Below, piece by piece: positions 59,503 through 64,000 of a stretch of DNA of 64,000 nucleotides (position 1 is the first letter of the stretch; each line of letters starts with the position of its first letter). The stretch spans positions 1,096-65,095 of the forward strand of contig CASTSB010000005.1 of the NCBI GenBank assembly GCA_949451605.1, written 5' to 3'. The notes beneath the pieces are model-generated. The model was given only the letters and a program-made list of their open reading frames with translations, was not told the origin of the DNA and ran no database searches. Source of the stretch: an uncultured Bacilli bacterium (GTDB taxonomy: Bacteria; Bacillota_I; Bacilli_A; RF39; UBA660). The position numbers and the translations under genes were made by a program.

Positions 59503-60150
59503 TTATTTACCACCTAACATTAATACTTTTTCTTTTTCCTTAAATTCAGCATAATCTTTAACATAAATTACTCCTGCTTGTTCCATCACCATACGCGCAA
59601 TTCTTTTCCATTCACTACGAGAATGATTAGCTGAATCAAATGTATCTACTGCGTCTTCTATCACAAACAAATTTACTTTCCTATTAATCTCATCTAAATA
59701 CCTTGCATATGTTCTTACAAAGTCCATTACACATAAGTCTTCGCAAACTCCTACAAATACACAAATATCTAAATTAGTCATTTCTAAAATATCTTTTCTT
59801 AGTTGATCATTAAACATCCCATTAATTGAATTTTTTCGGTAGATTCTTGTATTCTTCAAATCAAGATAATTTCTAAACTCTTTAATAAATTCAGCTTCTT
59901 CAGTACCAATAACACAATGCTTAGGATAACTTTCAAATTCTAAAGCATTTTCACTATGTCCTTCTCCAATAAAGTTAATACAATCATTACTAGTCTTAAA
60001 ATCTTCTAAAAATTTTAATTGTTCAGGAACCAATTTGTTATATTCCTTATTTGACATAGGTCCAATATTTACAAAGCCTTGTACCATATCAATGTTATAT
60101 AGTGCCCTCCTATAATCTTTCAATTTTTTTAATTCTTTTTTTCTATTCAT
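59503..60150 (-). CDS. pncA: isochorismatase-family hydrolase, probably nicotinamidase
   Basis: Isochorismatase-like core ICVFVGVCEDLCV. Sits in the NAD salvage context. Confidence 0.55.
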   Translation of the reverse strand: MNRKKELKKLKDYRRALYNIDMVQGFVNIGPMSNKEYNKLVPEQLKFLEDFKTSNDCINFIGEGHSENALEFESYPKHCVIGTEEAEFIKEFRNYLDLKNTRIYRKNSINGMFNDQLRKDILEMTNLDICVFVGVCEDLCVMDFVRTYARYLDEINRKVNLFVIEDAVDTFDSANHSRSEWKRIARMVMEQAGVIYVKDYAEFKEKEKVLMLGGK

Positions 60151-60254
60151 ATAGCCTCCTTTTGTTATTAATATTTTATTAATAACATATAATAAAAAAA
60201 TAGAACATCTAAGTTGTTATTAACATTTTATTAAAAAGATAAAAATTTGTCAAT

Positions 60255-60284
60255 AAAAAAATAATTGAGAATTTTCTCAATTAT
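60255..60284 (-). terminator. rho-independent terminator after the decayed gene
   Basis: attgagaattttctcaat palindrome followed by T7 on the minus strand. Confidence 0.45.
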
Positions 60285-61000
60285 CTTACTTTACCATTAC
60301 TATTAGTATTTACGTTATTATACTTATAATCTTTATTAATAGAAGTTAACATATCCTCTACTACTTCACCAAACTGTGGTCCTTCATAATAACTATTATC
60401 TGCTCTAGTCTTTCTTTCCTGTACTCCAGAAGTACCCTTATAAATATTATAGTCAGTAGTTAATTTTTCAAACTCTTCTTTATTATCATATTGATAATCA
60501 AGTTCATTTCTTTTTACTTGCCATATGTAAAAATATACACCTGCTGTTTTACATAAAACTTCTTTTTTTCAAACTAGCTAAATCAGGATCATATGGAACA
60601 TTATATTCTCCAACCTCACATCTATAAGCTAATTAAGACATAAAATTCTTCGCAGTAAAATCTTTAAAGAAATCATTTTGTTCTCTTAAGCGTAACATCT
60701 CATGTAAATTATTTTGTGCATTAAAAACCTCAGGTACAAATTTTGGAATATCATAGTTAGTAGCTTTTCTATTTTCTTCATCTAACATAGGATACCCAAA
60801 CTCATTATAATATTCATTATATTTAGAAACCAAAACTCCATAATCAACAACACAATCTACTATTTCGCTAAAATTAGGATCGGTATTTGGATTTTGTTTT
60901 ATAAAATTGTTAATATTTTTATACCTTTCACTTAACTCGTAAGCATTATTATTTAATTCTTCTAAACTAATAAATAATCTCCTATTCCTAAACTTAAAGC
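60281..61000 (-). pseudogene. decayed gene of unknown function (in-frame TAA at 60633..60635 plus frameshift in an A7 run at 60560..60570)
   Basis: Continuous reading ...YNEYYNEFGYPMLDEENRK...AKNFMS(TAA)LAYRCEVGEYNVPYDPDLASLKK | frame switch | EVLCKTAGVYFYIWQVKRNELDYQYDNKEEFEKL...EGPQFGEVVEDMLTSINKDYKYNNVNTNSNGKVR*. No ATG at the 5' end. Confidence 0.5.
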
Positions 61001-61093
61001 TAATATATCATTAAATCTAAAAAAAGTAAAATATAGACAAAATATTAAATTTATAGTATAATCTATACGTTAGTTCTTTATAAAAAAAATTTA

Positions 61094-62812
61094 ATGAAAG
61101 GAGTTTTTATGAAAGAAACCAATGAAACAAAGTTAGTTGTTTTAGGTGGTTTAGGAGAAGTCGGAAAAAATATGTACTGTATAGTACATAAAGACGCTAT
61201 TGTTATTATTGATGCCGGTGTAAGTTTTCCTGAAAGTGAACTAATGGGAGTTGACTATGTCCTTCCTGATTTTACTTATCTTAAAGAAAACCAAGATAAA
61301 ATTAAAGCTTTATTAATAACTCATGGACATGAAGATCATATTGGAGCTATCCCATTTTTACTTCAAAGTGTAAATATTCCTGCAATCTATGCGCCAAATC
61401 ACGCAAAAGAATTAATCGCAGTAAAGCTTCAAGATAAAAATATTAGATATGATAATTTATTTGTCTATACCGAAGATACTAAACTAAAATTCAAAGATAT
61501 TGAAATTGAATTTTTTAGAACAACTCACTCAATTCCTGATTCACATGGAATTGCTATTACTACACCTGATGGAACAATTGTTACAACAGGTGACTATAAA
61601 TTTGATCTAACACCTATTGGTCCAATGGCTGATTTATATAAAATGGCTTGTATAGGAGAAAGAGGTGTAGATATCTTATTAGGAGACTCTACTAATGCAT
61701 TAAATGAAGGTTTTTCAAATAGTGAATCTGTAGTAGATGAAACTCTTGCTGAAATGTTTGATAAATGTAAAACAAACAGAATAATAATCGCAACATTTGC
61801 TTCAAACATTTACCGTGTAAAACACATATTTGAAACATGTTATAAACATAACAGAAAAATTTGTATATTCGGAAGAAGTATGGAAAACAATATTAATATC
61901 TCTATTAATGGAGGTTATATTGATCATAAAGAACTATTAATTTCTCCTGAAGAAGCAAACACTTTAAAACCTGGTGAGGTTACAATACTTTGTACTGGTA
62001 GTCAAGGAGAACCACTCGCAGCTCTATCAAGAATTTCTAATGGTACTCATAAACAAATTAAATTAAGACCAGATGATGTTGTAATTTTCTCATCAAGCGC
62101 AATACCTGGGAATGCCTTAAGTATTTCAAAAACAATTAATAAATTATATTTAAAAGGTGTTAAAGTTTACACAAATAATATCTTAGCCGATTTACATACT
62201 TCAGGTCATGCTAATGAAGAAGAAGTTAAATTAATGATAAGATTAATTAGACCAAAATATTTAGTACCTTTCCACGGTGACTACAGAATGTTAAAAAAAC
62301 AAGCAAATATAGGAATCAATTGTGGCATCCCAAAAGAAAATACATTTGTTATAAAAAATGGAGATGTATTAATTCTTAAAGACCATCAATTATCAATGGG
62401 AGATCCAATACCTGGTAATGATATATATGTAGATGGTAAGCGTATTGGTGAAATTGGAAGTGCAATTATTAAAGACCGAAAGATTATGTCAAGTGATGGT
62501 ATTCTTGTAGTAATAATTAATGTTGATATGAAAAAACGTGAATTATTAATTAAACCTAATATAACTACAAGAGGCTTTATCTTAGTAAATGAAAATGAAG
62601 AACTAATTAGAAAAATTGAAAATAAAGCCGAAAATACAATCAAAAGTGCACTACAAGATCCAAAATCAACTTTCCAAACTTTAAAGAGTGATATTACGGA
62701 AAACTTATATCCTTATATCTATAACTTAACTGGAAGAAAGCCAATAATCTTACCAATCATTTTAGATATTAAAAGAAATAAAGAAAAAGACAGTGTATCT
62801 AGTGAAAACTAG
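61094..62812 (+). CDS. rnjA: ribonuclease J
   Basis: HGHEDHIGA metallo-beta-lactamase motif, beta-CASP region, 572 aa. Confidence 0.9.
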   Translation: MKGVFMKETNETKLVVLGGLGEVGKNMYCIVHKDAIVIIDAGVSFPESELMGVDYVLPDFTYLKENQDKIKALLITHGHEDHIGAIPFLLQSVNIPAIYAPNHAKELIAVKLQDKNIRYDNLFVYTEDTKLKFKDIEIEFFRTTHSIPDSHGIAITTPDGTIVTTGDYKFDLTPIGPMADLYKMACIGERGVDILLGDSTNALNEGFSNSESVVDETLAEMFDKCKTNRIIIATFASNIYRVKHIFETCYKHNRKICIFGRSMENNINISINGGYIDHKELLISPEEANTLKPGEVTILCTGSQGEPLAALSRISNGTHKQIKLRPDDVVIFSSSAIPGNALSISKTINKLYLKGVKVYTNNILADLHTSGHANEEEVKLMIRLIRPKYLVPFHGDYRMLKKQANIGINCGIPKENTFVIKNGDVLILKDHQLSMGDPIPGNDIYVDGKRIGEIGSAIIKDRKIMSSDGILVVIINVDMKKRELLIKPNITTRGFILVNENEELIRKIENKAENTIKSALQDPKSTFQTLKSDITENLYPYIYNLTGRKPIILPIILDIKRNKEKDSVSSEN

Positions 62813-62824
62813 AAGCTGTCTTTT

Positions 62825-63166
62825 TTATATTCTTTCATAGCATTGATTATTTATTAACTCTTTTAATTCTTCTACACTACTCTTACAAAAAAATATTATC
62901 CAAAAATAAAAGTATCTTTTACTATTCTTTTTAATACTAACTAATATTTTAAAATGTTTAATACTTAATTCATCAAATTTTTGTAGATAGATAGGAAAAT
63001 ATAAATAAAATCTTTCCATAAAATTAATATTTTCTCTACTAAATTTTAAACTATTACCATAATAGTAAGAATAATAATCAGAAAAATATTTATGATAATT
63101 ATTTTTTTTATTATGATTTTCAAACACTTCTTTTCCTATATTCCAATATAAATAATTGTTTCTCAT
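62825..63166 (-). pseudogene. N-terminal fragment of a YhcG/DUF1016-like PD-(D/E)XK nuclease
   Basis: YLYWNIGKEVFENHNK...LKFSRENINFMERFYLYFP matches the DUF1016 N-domain. Only 113 aa; the nuclease domain is absent. Confidence 0.45.
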
Positions 63167-63227
63167 ATTTAATTACCTCCATTTAATTATTCGAAGTAAA
63201 TTACTCTTTAACAAAAAAAAGAAGCAT

Positions 63228-64000
63228 TTATTTTGCTTCTTCTTGAGCTCTTGTTTCGCGAACTACCGTAATTTTAATTGTTCCAGGATATTTCATAGTT
63301 GACTCAATCTTTTCTTTTACTTCACGAGCAATCTTATGAGCACCTAAATCGTCTACTTCTTCAGGTTTTACTATTACACGTAATTCTCTACCAGCTTGAA
63401 CTGCATAAGTTTTTTCAACACCGTCAATTTCATTTCCTGCTTCTTCAAGTTGAGATAAACGCTTAATATAATTTTCTAAAGAATCATTTCTAGCACCAGG
63501 TCTAGATGCACTTAAAGCATCAGCTATTGCTACTATAATTGAAATAACACTTGTAGCTTGAGTATCACCATGATGAGATGCTATTGCATTAATAACAGTT
63601 TCATTTTCATGATATTTTTTAGCAATATCTACTCCAATATCAACATGGCTTCCCTCTATTTCATGATCAATAGCTTTACCAATGTCATGTAAAAGACCGG
63701 CACGTTTAGCTAAAGTAATATTTTCTCCTAGTTCTCCGGCAATAAGTCCAGATAAATGAGCAACTTCAATTGAATGTTGTAAAGCATTTTGACCAAAACT
63801 TGTTCTAAAATGTAATTTACCAATTGTTTCAATTAATTCAGGATCAAACTTAGTAAGACCTAAATCAAATATAGCAGTTTGTCCTAACTCAATAGTTTTT
63901 TGCTTCATATCCTTACAAACTTTATCATATAACTCTTCAATTCTTGTAGGATGAATTCTTCCATCCTTAATTAAGCTTTCTAAAGTAACTCTAGCAATTT
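63228..64000 (-). CDS. rny: ribonuclease Y, C-terminal KH/HD part (5' end lies outside the window)
   Basis: HD domain [17 protein letters not shown]...[12 protein letters not shown]. The frame stays open to the window end. Confidence 0.85.
   Translation of the reverse strand, partial: IARVTLESLIKDGRIHPTRIEELYDKVCKDMKQKTIELGQTAIFDLGLTKFDPELIETIGKLHFRTSFGQNALQHSIEVAHLSGLIAGELGENITLAKRAGLLHDIGKAIDHEIEGSHVDIGVDIAKKYHENETVINAIASHHGDTQATSVISIIVAIADALSASRPGARNDSLENYIKRLSQLEEAGNEIDGVEKTYAVQAGRELRVIVKPEEVDDLGAHKIAREVKEKIESTMKYPGTIKITVVRETRAQEEAK

Overview
The window looks like a chromosomal segment of a very AT-rich, spore-forming Firmicute (Clostridia or Erysipelotrichia). It carries spoVS, a CotD-like coat protein, YjcZ-type tiny sporulation peptides and a serS T-box leader. 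Genes read with the standard code: all long ORFs are intact and Trp is encoded by TGG. Most genes sit on the minus strand. Housekeeping blocks are miaB (partial), serS with its T-box leader, the sufCDSUB Fe-S assembly operon, pdp, prsA, recX-rpoZ, ffh, ftsY-ylxM, rnjA, rny (partial) and an NrtR-controlled NAD salvage cluster (nrtR-nadD-nadE-pncB-pncA). The accessory content is what deserves a second look. (1) A 2051-aa RHS/YD-repeat polymorphic toxin has no recognisable export signal and an unrecognised 192-aa C-terminal domain; its start lies 8 nt after a phage-tail-collar-domain gene. Downstream sit two paralogous immunity-like genes, an orphan 3' gene remnant and small membrane proteins. 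(2) A 294-bp element bounded by inverted repeats lies between ffh and a DUF87/HerA-like ATPase. It carries a strongly ribosome-bound small ORF, a type-I-toxin-like hydrophobic peptide frame and a very stable hairpin. (3) Four genes (two zinc-ribbon membrane proteins, a divergent Lgt-like protein, the DUF87 ATPase) are inserted between ylxM and ffh, which are normally adjacent. (4) A thioester-domain adhesin sits next to a dedicated sortase. (5) Two paralogous secreted proteins have SipW/TasA-like N-termini. (6) An SPFH/TPM/zinc-ribbon cluster resembles ydjGHI. (7) Several genes are decayed: an Rpn-family nuclease with an in-frame TGA, a YhcG-like fragment, and a doubly disrupted gene next to pncA. 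All functional calls rest on motifs read by eye; no database search was run.
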